Virus record (IMG/VR): IMGVR_UViG_3300030101_002616
Span: 16,484-80,483 of that record
Strand: one strand, 5' to 3'
Length of the DNA stretch: 64,000 nucleotides
Source: a virus
Positions 50,020 to 60,362 of this stretch are shown one piece after another. A program made the position numbers and the translations under genes. The notes beneath the pieces were generated by a model. It was not told where the DNA came from, searched no databases, and worked only from the letters and a program-made list of their open reading frames with translations. How positions within the stretch are numbered: position 1 is the first letter of the stretch; every line of letters starts with the position of its first letter.

Positions 50020-51198
50020 TTACAGAGAGTTCATCTCCGCAATATCTTTATCTACTTCTTCTTTTATTTCGCTGTAGTCAGCGACTGCTTCTTTGCGCAT
50101 CTCTTCCCACTCAGCATCAGTCTTAGCTGCATAAGTAGAGCTGTGGTATATAGAACCATTTACACCTGCAAGTGAGGAGTGTACAAAATACTGTAGGCAT
50201 CTGATTGCACCAGTCTCATCGTCAGGCACTGCACCAATATGCATAGGATCAACAAAGATGTTGTGAATCTCACCGCTGTAGTATGCAATGTACTTAAGAC
50301 CACCGAAGTGTAAACCTTTAACACAAGATTGATTGTCATCTGTATTCACATAAGACCAGTCTGGTAATCTGTGTGTACAACCAACTTTGATAAAGTGTCC
50401 TGGGTTAGCATATCCGTTAGGGCCTTCACAGTAAAATGCATCACCACTACTACCCATAATAGCTGGCTGAAACAATCTATCTTCTACATGCTCAGGCAAT
50501 CCACCTTCTTCAATCTCACCTGTATCAGGATTGAATGTACGCTTGTAGCGATCTATCTGCTCACCAGTTTCTGTGTCATATGCATGCATAATCTCAGTAG
50601 ATACCTTGTAACCATTAAGTAAACCTTCACTAGTGATCTTCATCTGATACATAGTAGCTCTACATTCAGCAACTTCTTCACTTAGACCATGCTCATCCAT
50701 CAACTCTGCTTTGAGTTTAGGATGTACATACTGTAAGTTTACAAAGTTAAAGAACTTCTCAGTAAACTTCTCACCTTTCTCACAGTCACACTTGTTCATC
50801 TTCTCACGAAGAATAGGGTTACGTAAAAATCTAACCCACATCTTAACAAGTGGCATAAAGTCTACGCCCCTGTCAAGTGACTCAAAGATACGGTCAACTA
50901 AAGCTTGTGGCATAGGTATACTAGATACTACACCCTCGTGCTTCAAGAAGAACTCACCGGTTCCTTCATTGACATGAATCCATTCGCATTCAGTTTCTAC
51001 AGTTGTTTTGTAGTCTTGGACAGTAAGCTTAGCAAACTCTTCCATGAGTGCATTGTACTCGTCCATAGTTGTAACAGACTGTTGTCTGTCAGATAGCTCC
51101 ATCATCTTTTTATAAGTGTCTTCGGAGTAGTTGACACTAAACGGCGTGTCGCCGTACGAACCAGATATTTGGTTCTCAATAACGTTTATTGTAATCAT
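50020..51198 (-). CDS. rIIB: RIIB-like protein
   Basis: Start at 51198 (MITINV); KITSEGLLNGYK, DDNQSCVKGLHFG, VDPMHIGAVPDD..RC; follows rIIA. Confidence 0.7.
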   Translation of the reverse strand: MITINVIENQISGSYGDTPFSVNYSEDTYKKMMELSDRQQSVTTMDEYNALMEEFAKLTVQDYKTTVETECEWIHVNEGTGEFFLKHEGVVSSIPMPQALVDRIFESLDRGVDFMPLVKMWVRFLRNPILREKMNKCDCEKGEKFTEKFFNFVNLQYVHPKLKAELMDEHGLSEEVAECRATMYQMKITSEGLLNGYKVSTEIMHAYDTETGEQIDRYKRTFNPDTGEIEEGGLPEHVEDRLFQPAIMGSSGDAFYCEGPNGYANPGHFIKVGCTHRLPDWSYVNTDDNQSCVKGLHFGGLKYIAYYSGEIHNIFVDPMHIGAVPDDETGAIRCLQYFVHSSLAGVNGSIYHSSTYAAKTDAEWEEMRKEAVADYSEIKEEVDKDIAEMNSL

Positions 51199-51215
51199 GA
51201 TTAATAATTTAGTTA

Positions 51216-51246
51216 CAAAGTTAATATAAAAATTTTGTTTATACAA
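51216..51246 (-). promoter_or_regulatory. Bacteroidota primary-sigma promoter for rIIB
   Basis: Minus strand TTG-N20-TAACTTTG matches the -33/-7 consensus. Confidence 0.65.
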
Positions 51247-51279
51247 GTAATACAGGGGATATTTCACCCCTGTAACTTG
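51244..51279 (-). terminator. Hairpin between rIIA and rIIB
   Basis: caagt..tacagggg-atatttca-cccctgta-acttg inverted repeat. Confidence 0.55.
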
Positions 51280-51286
51280 CTGATTA

Positions 51287-54022
51287 TCACCAGTCTAGCC
51301 TGCCTTTAGCGTCCAGGTAAACCTTGATTTCTTTGATAAGATCTTGATCCAAATCTTCATCGCTATTAGGAGAGTATGATACTTCATCAATACAATCCAA
51401 TAATGTATGAACACCTTCAGACCATTCTTCAAGTTCATCAAACTTATCCATCAACTCTTGGTCTTGACCAACAGCTTCTGGTATGTCTAGTACAAATAAC
51501 TCACGACTCTTCTGCTGTATAGCAGCGGCGTCATCATTATCTTTGCAAAACTTGTGCATTTCCACAATCTTCCTGACCATAGGAAATATATCAGTCTGTT
51601 TAATCCACTGACTTGTTCTTACGTCTAGATTAGCTGCATTGTATACAGCTTCATACTTTTTAAACAAATCTGGATTAATGTCCTTAAGACAATATAAATA
51701 TGTCTTAGGTATTATAGCCTTCATTTTATCTGCAGTGTACCATTTAATTGCGTATTCATCCATAGTATATCCTCCATTAGGTGTTAGTTGTAAAAAGAAT
51801 TCATCAATGTGTTTAACATTAGAGTTCATACTAATGTGTTTAACATTGCTCTGTGAGACTCTGATAATCTGCGGCGTATCCCAATCAAAGTTAGTATTGT
51901 GATATACCGTACCATCATCTTTAGTAGTAGTAGTTGGTATTACATGTCGACTATTATCAAACCTAACAGCTGGTGTATCAAAGAAGAACACTCTGTCATC
52001 ATCTCCAGTTTGCCATCTCAGTATATCTTTATACACTTCATCCAATCTAGGAGCAAAAGGATGTATCATACCACAAGCTACCATCAGTTTCTCATCATCA
52101 GCTGCAGTACCATAGTAGGTAGTACGCTGAGTCTTCATAAGATCTTTTACCTTTGGCTCAATCTTATCTCTGATGTAACGGTGGTCACTTCCTGATGCAT
52201 GCCAATGCTTATCGTTATATCTAAAAGTGTATGCAACCATACGCTCTTCTATCTTACGACGTTCAGCTGGCGTGATGTTCTCGAACTGTGCAATCTCTTT
52301 AGCCTTAGTAATCTCATCTTTGTACTCTTCTAGCCACTCTTCATCTACCTCTATGTCGTCATAGTTACGACTGTGAGTAGACTCAGTAATTAGCTCAAGA
52401 ACTCTAGCGCGTTTAGCAAGTGCTTTCTTATTTGCTTTGACAGACTCAGCACTAACGACACTACTAGGCTCCCAGTTATCTACAGGCTTTATACAGATAA
52501 CAGGACCTTGACACTCGTGTATAAGGTACATATCTTTATACTTGCTATGATTCTCTTCGCCCATGATAAAGATATTATTCTCTCTCAACTGGCTGTAGTT
52601 CTCAATAGCAACTCTTTCAATAGTATCATCACCACTGTTGTAGTCTCTACTCTTACTTACAACCTCAACCTTCATACCTCTGAACAAAGCTTTTACAGAT
52701 TCATTCTTAAGTCTAGGGTCTGGGCCAAACTTAGGCTTGAGTTGTTCCTGATCAATGATATTAGATAGTCTACCAAGTACACTACCGCTGTCAGCTTTAG
52801 TCAAGACTTGCTTACAAGCTAGCAACCAAGACACAAAGTCTGTTTGCTTAAGCTCTTCTTGTACAATCTCGCTAGCTTCATCAGCAGCTGCCATAATAAC
52901 AGACTTGATGTAAGCTTTAGTATTCTCATTCCATATCACCTTCTCACGTGACGGCGTAACATCTACACCCTCTTGCAATACAATCTCTTCACCAGTTTCT
53001 GGGTCATTGATTACCTGTCTTGCAGGACATTTGAAAGCAATAGGTCCCCACATCTGCTGCATCTCCAACTCACGGAAGTCAACAAAGCCATAGTTAACAC
53101 CAGTTGGTGCACCTACATCCTTAGTCAACACAATGTGCGGTCTGCTAAACATATATGTATCAGAGATAATCAAGTTATCAGAGTTATGCATAATTGTTGG
53201 GTGAATATTCTCTTTCCTTTCATAGCCATCCTCTGCAATACGCTTGAACTTAATACTAGGCATATACATCAGCTGTTCTTCAACCGCATCACGATAGTCA
53301 CGTCTGTTATGTTTCTTCACACCAAACGATACTATAGTCTGATTCTTTGCATCAGTAGATACATAGTGCACTTTCGTTCCATCGCTAAGTACAACATGCG
53401 GATTAGGCTGACCGGCCTCTGGGTTAAATGCTGGTATAATAAAGTCTGTCTTGTAATTGTAACAGTTCATCTTGAATCTCTTACCATTGTGCACAGTTTC
53501 TATAGTATAAAAGTCTACACCAGTTGACAATGCAACCTTAGCACCAAGACCAAATGCACCAAAGTTCTCAGCCGTGTTACGCTTAGTTGAATAACCAAGT
53601 TCAAGCACACCTTCCAAACGACGTGCACCAATACCAACACCGTAATCATGTATAGTAACTACATCGCAGTATCCTGTTCCTTCATTCTCTGTGTATGTAA
53701 TTAGTACATCATTGTTCTCTGTGTCTAGGTGATCCAAGTCATAGTAACTTATATCAAAGTTACTATCATCATACTGTTCGCCGTGGCGTTCAATATAGTA
53801 GTCTTCAGCCTTTGCTTTACCACTTAGTATCTCTATAGCTATCTCTTTCTCACGCTGAGCGTCGGCACCATTGGTAGCCAACTCACGTACGGTAGAAGGA
53901 ATAGGTGTAGAATACTGTGTGGACTGCAAGATGTCAAAGACCATTTTCTCTGCGCCCTTGTTAATCTTCTTAGCAAGGCCTTCAGATCCTTTGATCTGCT
54001 TATCAATCGTTTTTATACTCAT
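51287..54022 (-). CDS. rIIA: RIIA-like protein with GHKL ATPase domain
   Basis: VRELATNGADA, DYGVGI, STKR...GAFGLGAK, VTPSRE. Confidence 0.8.
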   Translation of the reverse strand: MSIKTIDKQIKGSEGLAKKINKGAEKMVFDILQSTQYSTPIPSTVRELATNGADAQREKEIAIEILSGKAKAEDYYIERHGEQYDDSNFDISYYDLDHLDTENNDVLITYTENEGTGYCDVVTIHDYGVGIGARRLEGVLELGYSTKRNTAENFGAFGLGAKVALSTGVDFYTIETVHNGKRFKMNCYNYKTDFIIPAFNPEAGQPNPHVVLSDGTKVHYVSTDAKNQTIVSFGVKKHNRRDYRDAVEEQLMYMPSIKFKRIAEDGYERKENIHPTIMHNSDNLIISDTYMFSRPHIVLTKDVGAPTGVNYGFVDFRELEMQQMWGPIAFKCPARQVINDPETGEEIVLQEGVDVTPSREKVIWNENTKAYIKSVIMAAADEASEIVQEELKQTDFVSWLLACKQVLTKADSGSVLGRLSNIIDQEQLKPKFGPDPRLKNESVKALFRGMKVEVVSKSRDYNSGDDTIERVAIENYSQLRENNIFIMGEENHSKYKDMYLIHECQGPVICIKPVDNWEPSSVVSAESVKANKKALAKRARVLELITESTHSRNYDDIEVDEEWLEEYKDEITKAKEIAQFENITPAERRKIEERMVAYTFRYNDKHWHASGSDHRYIRDKIEPKVKDLMKTQRTTYYGTAADDEKLMVACGMIHPFAPRLDEVYKDILRWQTGDDDRVFFFDTPAVRFDNSRHVIPTTTTKDDGTVYHNTNFDWDTPQIIRVSQSNVKHISMNSNVKHIDEFFLQLTPNGGYTMDEYAIKWYTADKMKAIIPKTYLYCLKDINPDLFKKYEAVYNAANLDVRTSQWIKQTDIFPMVRKIVEMHKFCKDNDDAAAIQQKSRELFVLDIPEAVGQDQELMDKFDELEEWSEGVHTLLDCIDEVSYSPNSDEDLDQDLIKEIKVYLDAKGRLDW

Positions 54023-54314
54023 GTCTATTTATTTTACTTTGTTCATGTATTTCATTTAATTCACTAGCTAGCTCAGCATACTTAATTTCTTTAAAGAACT
54101 GTTGCTGTACATCTCTAACTAGAATGAAGAACTCTAAACCATATATAGGTTCAAAGATTCTGTCAAACTTTTCCAAGTCTTCAAGGTATCCAAATGTATT
54201 GTACCTTGTTTGTTCGTACAGCTTAGCAAGCTGACGCTTTGTGTCTATGGGACCATTAGACATATCTATCCCAAGACCATCCAGACGGATGATCAAATCT
54301 TCTGTGTATTCCAT
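54003..54314 (-). CDS. Hypothetical protein
   Basis: 103 aa within the operon. Confidence 0.5.
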   Translation of the reverse strand: MEYTEDLIIRLDGLGIDMSNGPIDTKRQLAKLYEQTRYNTFGYLEDLEKFDRIFEPIYGLEFFILVRDVQQQFFKEIKYAELASELNEIHEQSKINRHEYKND

Positions 54315-54317
54315 AAA

Positions 54318-54761
54318 TTAAAGTTGTTTAATTAATTCTATTGTTTGTAGTACCTGACCTTGGTTCTTAGGTAGGTATAGCACCGGAGGATTCTCCAACT
54401 GCATGAGGTGTTTCTTGAACATCTTCCATTTCAAAGGGAAGACATCATTTGCAAAACCTTTTACTTCTATAATCCACTTACCATTAGGATCTACAAAGTC
54501 AGGAGTATATGTAATATCTCTAACCTTGTACTCATTGTTAACATAGCCTTTTGTTTTGTGAGGCTCGTGACATTCAGCACTATAATGAAAACCTTCTTGT
54601 AAGATATACTTCTTCTTTTCATACAAAGATTTAATCTCTGCATCTTCTAGTTTCTTATACGTAAAAAGTTCAAGCTTAGACCTGAACTTAATACCTTTGT
54701 AAACCTTAGCGGTAGCGTTTCTTACTTTTTTGTTTTTTGGTTTTCGTGTGCGTCGCTTCAC
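54318..54761 (-). CDS. DUF1064-like PD-(D/E)XK endonuclease
   Basis: GIKFRSKLE, YTPDF, IIEVKG. Confidence 0.75.
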   Translation of the reverse strand: MKRRTRKPKNKKVRNATAKVYKGIKFRSKLELFTYKKLEDAEIKSLYEKKKYILQEGFHYSAECHEPHKTKGYVNNEYKVRDITYTPDFVDPNGKWIIEVKGFANDVFPLKWKMFKKHLMQLENPPVLYLPKNQGQVLQTIELIKQL

Positions 54762-55750
54762 AATTGTATGTCTATCAATGTTTGTAATCCTTCTGTTCGT
54801 TTAAAGTGCGCAGCATAATCTGATGGGTCTTTTAGTTTATACTCATCTGGTATAATTATATTACACATCGGATAATATTCTTTACAGATCTTAGTAGCCA
54901 TGGCTTGACCAGGATTACTTGGATTAGTAAAATCGTTATCATAAAATACTGCAACTTGTTTAAACCTTTCTTTAAGCTCAGTTACAACTTGCCGTCCTGG
55001 CAACTGCATTTCTGATTGCATGGCGATAGCGGGGATACCCATCTCGAAGAGACACATAACGTCTTTGAGACTTGATGTAATAATACAGAGATCGCCGCTT
55101 TTAGGTAGTTGATCATATCCTTGAATTTGTTTAGAGTTAGTATTGCTCATCCACTTTACTTCTTCGTAAGGTGAATAGATCTTATATTTGTTACCTATCT
55201 TATATGCATAGCTAAGCTTACATGTAAATCTACTGTCATTAATCCAGTAGTGAGAAATAGGCGTAACAGCAAACTTAATTAAAGTTTTCTTACTAATCAA
55301 GTATTGCGACCAAAACTTTGCATCTTTAAGCATCCAAGGCCTAGATTTCTTCTTAATTACAGTAACTTTCTTGTTTTCTACTCTAATATTAGAGCGGTAT
55401 CCAAGATACCCACGTGTAAAATCTATCTCTGCTTTCTTAGATCCTAGGTTCAAACCAAAATCAGTATCAATAATACGAAGAGCTGAGTAAAAAGAAACAT
55501 TGTATGTTGCCATAACATAGCCAAAACAATCAAATGTGTGTTCAGGATAAGCCCAATCTTTATACAAAAGCTTGCCTTTCCATAATACAATATTAACACC
55601 GGGCTTAGAGTCTTTACGTAACTCACTACAAAAAGGTTTACCAAGTTGTTTAAAAGAACTACAGTAGTATGCAAATATATCTACCTCACTTATTCTGGAA
55701 AGTATCATTTCTTTAGAGAGGTGTATCTCACTGTTTCTACTTCTAATCAT
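54758..55750 (-). CDS. DNA primase (crAss-type TOPRIM)
   Basis: LRKDSKP, TSSLKDVM, QSE, YDND..G, KDPSD. Confidence 0.75.
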   Translation of the reverse strand: MIRSRNSEIHLSKEMILSRISEVDIFAYYCSSFKQLGKPFCSELRKDSKPGVNIVLWKGKLLYKDWAYPEHTFDCFGYVMATYNVSFYSALRIIDTDFGLNLGSKKAEIDFTRGYLGYRSNIRVENKKVTVIKKKSRPWMLKDAKFWSQYLISKKTLIKFAVTPISHYWINDSRFTCKLSYAYKIGNKYKIYSPYEEVKWMSNTNSKQIQGYDQLPKSGDLCIITSSLKDVMCLFEMGIPAIAMQSEMQLPGRQVVTELKERFKQVAVFYDNDFTNPSNPGQAMATKICKEYYPMCNIIIPDEYKLKDPSDYAAHFKRTEGLQTLIDIQL

Positions 55751-55765
55751 AAGTTTGTAAATTTA

Positions 55766-55797
55766 AATAAAAAATGGGGAGCTTTTACACTCCCCAT
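55766..55797 (-). terminator. Rho-independent terminator
   Basis: Minus strand atggggag-tgtaaaag-ctccccat then tttttattt. Confidence 0.75.
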
Positions 55798-55822
55798 ATC
55801 TTATGGCCAAATGACTACTATA

Positions 55823-56572
55823 TTACACCCAGTCTTCATCTTCTGATACTTCTGCATCGTCTCCGTCTGGTGTAACTACAGCTAGCTCAGGAGTGAATGT
55901 ACCCCACGCAAGTGTAGTATCAAACTCTGCATTGAACGCACCATAGTCATCATTCAAGTTCTTAACAAATAAGTCATCACGCTGTGGTCTAACACGTCCA
56001 AATACTTTTGTGTACACAGTTTGATACTTACCATCTTTAACACCGACTAGCAATCTAACCTCGTTGCTTTCAAGTAACTTAACCAAAGCTTTCACTTCTG
56101 TTATGTCACCTTTTACAATCTTAGCTATGCTTTCAAAGTAAGCTTCGTCGCCGTTAGCAACATTAGCCCACTGCTTAACAAAGTTAATCAAGGTCTCTTC
56201 GCCTGTCAATGCTTTACGTAAACCTTCCTTCTTGAACCAATCATACTCAGGTTCACCATCAGACCAAGTAGACTGACCAATAGCATTTAGCCACTGATTC
56301 TTACCTGTCTGTGATACACGCTCAGTACCATTCATCAAGATGTCAAACCTTGTAGTAAGGTCAGCATTCTTAATCCAAAAGGTTAGTTTGAAATATTCTG
56401 TTCCGTTGAGATCAACGAAATAGTTAGGATCTTGTTTTACCATGATACCTAAATCATGCAGCTCCGCCATTGTAGGGTTCACTGCAATTACTTTAAAATT
56501 ACCAAGCCCAGAGTAAAGTTTTACTCCACCGCCTGCTACTTCGACATTACTGTCATTGCTTTTAATTGCCAT
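55823..56572 (-). CDS. Putative ssDNA-binding protein
   Basis: Acidic tail ending EDEDWV; lies between AAA ATPase and primase. Confidence 0.45.
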   Translation of the reverse strand: MAIKSNDSNVEVAGGGVKLYSGLGNFKVIAVNPTMAELHDLGIMVKQDPNYFVDLNGTEYFKLTFWIKNADLTTRFDILMNGTERVSQTGKNQWLNAIGQSTWSDGEPEYDWFKKEGLRKALTGEETLINFVKQWANVANGDEAYFESIAKIVKGDITEVKALVKLLESNEVRLLVGVKDGKYQTVYTKVFGRVRPQRDDLFVKNLNDDYGAFNAEFDTTLAWGTFTPELAVVTPDGDDAEVSEDEDWV

Positions 56573-56591
56573 AAATAAACTAGTTTAATAA

Positions 56592-56981
56592 TTAAAATTC
56601 ATCTTCATCTTCACCATACTCACCTATGAAAGGATCTTCTTCTTGTAGTTCAGGTGTAGCTTCTACAATCATAGATGCTTCTGTGTGTACATCTACATCA
56701 GGACCGGATTCCACAGGAATACTAGTCTGATTAGGATCTACAGCTGTATCATCTACAAAGTTGAAAGATAACTTACGGATCTTTCTAGCTTTCTTACCCT
56801 TCAATGCTGGGTGCTGGAACATCTGTGTTACTTCCCACTTTTCAAGACCATACTTTTCTTGGATAGCTGTACGGTCAATACCGTTGTCAAGATCTTCCAA
56901 GATCATAGATACTGTGATAGTGTTTGGTGTTTCGTTTTTCTGCGTGGCCTCGCCAGGATTGTTTGTGCGTGCTTCAATCAT
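56592..56981 (-). CDS. Hypothetical protein, HTH-like with acidic tail
   Basis: DRTAIQEKYGLEKWEVTQMF; C-terminal EDEDEF. Confidence 0.45.
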   Translation of the reverse strand: MIEARTNNPGEATQKNETPNTITVSMILEDLDNGIDRTAIQEKYGLEKWEVTQMFQHPALKGKKARKIRKLSFNFVDDTAVDPNQTSIPVESGPDVDVHTEASMIVEATPELQEEDPFIGEYGEDEDEF

Positions 56982-57000
56982 GATTTAAAATTTTACGCGG

Positions 57001-57702
57001 TTAATCAATAAATATATTTGACCATTCTAGAGGCATGGTCTGGCCCTTTAAGTGATCGCAACGTGAGCCTGCAGTTACATCATCCAAAGAGTTAAATGAA
57101 ACCATAGTCTCATCATCTTCTCTGTAGATATAACCAATAGCATCTGCGTTTGCGCATGTGATAGACTTAATCTTACCAGTCAAGTCAAGATCCTTGGCAG
57201 CGACTTCTTTGCCTTTCTTTTCAAGCATCTTATCTTTTAGGTGACCAACTAGTATGACATGATCTGCCAACTTGTTTAGTCTATCAATCCATTTCTTGTA
57301 TGCAATACGTAAGTAAAGGTAGCCTGCACCATTAGGCAAAGATAATACAGATGCACCAGGATTCTTTTGTTCAAAGTTCTTACCCATAGGTGTAGCCATG
57401 TAGATTCTCTTTGCATCTTCTTCACACCACTCTTCGAGCTTAGTGATAGTGTCAATAGCGATATACTTGTATGGTCTGCCATCTTTCATAATTGCTTTTC
57501 CAACTTCAGTTAGTTCTGACAGATCATTGACCTGCACCTTCAGTGCATCAACCATATCTGAACCATCTTCCAAGTCGATAATCAAACAATCATCTAGTTG
57601 TGATAATGCTGTAGTCTTACCTATCTTAGGTGGACCATAGATTACCATGTTCTTTGGTGACTTGCGCGTCGCCTTTACTTTCTGTTTTGGTAATGTAATC
57701 AT
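57001..57702 (-). CDS. AAA_24/Sak4-like ATPase
   Basis: YGPPKIGKTT, IDLEDG, IAIDTI. Confidence 0.8.
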   Translation of the reverse strand: MITLPKQKVKATRKSPKNMVIYGPPKIGKTTALSQLDDCLIIDLEDGSDMVDALKVQVNDLSELTEVGKAIMKDGRPYKYIAIDTITKLEEWCEEDAKRIYMATPMGKNFEQKNPGASVLSLPNGAGYLYLRIAYKKWIDRLNKLADHVILVGHLKDKMLEKKGKEVAAKDLDLTGKIKSITCANADAIGYIYREDDETMVSFNSLDDVTAGSRCDHLKGQTMPLEWSNIFID

Positions 57703-57703
57703 A

Positions 57704-58654
57704 TTAGTTTCTTTCTTTAATGTTAAACGTACTCATGTCTGCTTCATATCCAATCATACCAAGTAAACCATCACGATTCTTTTCCATGTGACATGCTAGT
57801 AACCCTTGTGGATTCTCTCCACAATATGTTTCTGTAATGCCATACAAATCATATGGTCTATTCAGTATCATAACAACATGCGCATCCTGACCAATAGAGT
57901 CACCACCAAACAAATCTGTTAGTAGTGGCTGATACTGGTTCTTAGCACGATGTTCTTGTTCTATGTTACGATTGAGCTGTGATAATAATATATTAATAAC
58001 TCCAAGTTTTGATTGCATCCACATACAACCCTTGGATATTGTATTAAGCCTACGTAATTCTGTTTCTTCATTACCACGTATCAAACGTGAATGGTCAAAC
58101 AGATTAATTACTGTGTGCTCTGGATGCTGATTAAATAAATCCTCATTTGTATTCATTATATACTCCATAGTACGAGGCACATTGTTGAAGTATATTGGAT
58201 AGTTGCCATACTTTTGTACCTTAGATGCATAAGTCTTGAAGTCTATGTCTGACAGCGGTGACTCCACCGACAATAGATCTGACATCTGTTTCTTTACATC
58301 TTTAGATGCGCTACGCATTACCTGTTGGTAACCGGGCATCTCAAAGGTCCAGTATAGTACTATTAATTTCTTAGCTTTGTTTGTATCTAGTACATCAAAG
58401 ATAAGTTGATTGCTAAATGCTGACTTGCCCACACCGGGACGGCCAGCTATCACATACATCTTGCCCTTTTGTAATCCACCTAGAAGATTCCTGTTTAGTC
58501 TTTTCCAAGACGTAGCTAGCACATTGCGCTGACCAAGCTTGGCCTGCTTTACAACTGCTATAGACTGATTGACAGCCTTATCTATCTTTTGAAACCCTCT
58601 AGTTTTGAATACATCAGAGCCGTCTTGTGATACGGTTTTCTGATTGTCCTGCAT
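57704..58654 (-). CDS. dnaB: DnaB-like replicative helicase (C-terminal domain only)
   Basis: AGRPGVGKS, FEM, LSQLNR, IGQDA, KNRDG. Confidence 0.85.
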   Translation of the reverse strand: MQDNQKTVSQDGSDVFKTRGFQKIDKAVNQSIAVVKQAKLGQRNVLATSWKRLNRNLLGGLQKGKMYVIAGRPGVGKSAFSNQLIFDVLDTNKAKKLIVLYWTFEMPGYQQVMRSASKDVKKQMSDLLSVESPLSDIDFKTYASKVQKYGNYPIYFNNVPRTMEYIMNTNEDLFNQHPEHTVINLFDHSRLIRGNEETELRRLNTISKGCMWMQSKLGVINILLSQLNRNIEQEHRAKNQYQPLLTDLFGGDSIGQDAHVVMILNRPYDLYGITETYCGENPQGLLACHMEKNRDGLLGMIGYEADMSTFNIKERN

Positions 58655-59159
58655 TTTCGTCCATGTTTATGTATTTTTCCCAAGTATGATTGTTCAACCA
58701 TACCTCTAGCTGCTGCATATATTCTAGTTTACCGCGTTCTACCCGTAGTTGTACATTCAATAACTTAATTATCTTGTCGTGTACAAACTTTTTAGTGCCT
58801 ACGATTCTACTATACTTAGCTTTAGCTTTCTCATTTGATTTACAGTTAGGATCTGCTGCATGTAATATTCTGTACCCTCTGTTAGTTGATACCTTCATTG
58901 GATATGTACTAATTAGTTCTGCAAACATCTGATCAAAGTCACTAGAAAACAAATCTATAAACTCTTGGCGTATGATGTGCTTCTCTACACTATCACCAAG
59001 CTTTACATATCCTTTGGATTGTAAGTCATCCCAGTTAGGATTTAGTTTTAGTTTATCTAGAGTCTTGAAACCCTTTCTGTATATAGCATACAGTGCTAAA
59101 AAATCATCAGCACTGATGCCATTTTCAACCAATAAATTTACGTCAATTTGTAATTGCAT
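58614..59159 (-). CDS. Putative replication initiator/helicase loader
   Basis: FDQMF..TYP and LEVWLNNHTWE motifs; overlaps dnaB. Confidence 0.4.
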   Translation of the reverse strand: MQLQIDVNLLVENGISADDFLALYAIYRKGFKTLDKLKLNPNWDDLQSKGYVKLGDSVEKHIIRQEFIDLFSSDFDQMFAELISTYPMKVSTNRGYRILHAADPNCKSNEKAKAKYSRIVGTKKFVHDKIIKLLNVQLRVERGKLEYMQQLEVWLNNHTWEKYINMDENAGQSENRITRRL

Positions 59160-59186
59160 AAGCCTATAAATTTACGAAAAATGTAC

Positions 59187-60362
59187 CTAATTATCAAGTA
59201 ACCAGGTAACATTATCTAGTTTTCTAACACTACTTTTCAACCACTTTTCTTCCTGACTACCTTCTACATACAAGACATGTATTTTGCCTATCTTGCCTTC
59301 TTGGTAGCGTATGATTCTACCCACACGCTGTATCATAGTCAAAGCTTTACTGGTTAAACCACATATTACAGCCATAGTTGCATCAGCAACATCAAAGCCT
59401 TGGTTCAAAGCTTTAGTAGAGCATAGCACAGGCTTGTCGCCTGATCTAAAATCTGCTAACGCTTGTTCCTTTTGCTTCTTTGTCCTACCACTGTGGTATA
59501 TAGAAGAGAATGTTTCAGTAGCATCTGCAAGTCTATTTGTAAACTCGTTACTACCACCAAACACAAGTATCTTTTCTCCTATATTCTTGATAACAATCTT
59601 TTGTAGCTCTGCTACTTTGTTATCAGCATGATCCACTACAGCCTTACGAGCTCTAATAGATCTGTAAAACTGTGCAGCTGCAGCTTTGTCTGCATTGCTA
59701 GCAGTATGCTTACCTGATCCCATAATATGTTTAGCCCTGTCAAACGCATCAAACTGTCCAAGACAATACTTAGCATATACAAACGTATTGTTTGCTTTCT
59801 TATACTCTTGCTCTTCATCATCTGTTAGTTTAACAGGTATACATATAATCTGATACGGTGACACTAGTCCCAGCTCTACACATTTATCAAGTGATATTTT
59901 GTACACAGTAGGAGCAAGACCAAATAGTATCTCTTTGTATTCAAACTCCTCTGGTAGTGTAGCAGTCATACACAGTATCCTGTCCCAAGTATTGTTCTCA
60001 AAGAACTTACGATACTCAGGTGATAGACCTAAATGTATTTCGTCACATACAACTACATGATAGTGTTTATTCTCTAGTTTATACGCAGAAGCATAACATA
60101 GAATATCAACACGATCTAGTATATGTTCATAACCCCACTTGATAAACTCTTCTTTGAACTGCTCTTGCAACTGATTAGTAGGAACTAGTACTAGTCCTTT
60201 AGCATCAGTATTGGTATCCAAAGACTTGCCAACAGCAATAACACCACACCTAGACTTGCCGAACCCTGTACCAGCAATAATACTACCAGTAAACTTAGAG
60301 TTAGCCCAAGCATTAATAGCTTTCTTCTGTTCTTCATCTTTTACTTTAATAAGATTATTCAT
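59187..60362 (-). CDS. Superfamily 2 helicase
   Basis: GTGFGKS, DEIH, TAT, QRVGRIIR; start may be 60389. Confidence 0.85.
   Translation of the reverse strand: MNNLIKVKDEEQKKAINAWANSKFTGSIIAGTGFGKSRCGVIAVGKSLDTNTDAKGLVLVPTNQLQEQFKEEFIKWGYEHILDRVDILCYASAYKLENKHYHVVVCDEIHLGLSPEYRKFFENNTWDRILCMTATLPEEFEYKEILFGLAPTVYKISLDKCVELGLVSPYQIICIPVKLTDDEEQEYKKANNTFVYAKYCLGQFDAFDRAKHIMGSGKHTASNADKAAAAQFYRSIRARKAVVDHADNKVAELQKIVIKNIGEKILVFGGSNEFTNRLADATETFSSIYHSGRTKKQKEQALADFRSGDKPVLCSTKALNQGFDVADATMAVICGLTSKALTMIQRVGRIIRYQEGKIGKIHVLYVEGSQEEKWLKSSVRKLDNVTWLLDN

Noticed and set aside
51199-51267. N-terminal extension of rIIB in the ORF track
   Set aside because: It spans the promoter and hairpin; ATG at 51198 fits better. 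Starts at 7768, 19533 and 29468 were trimmed likewise
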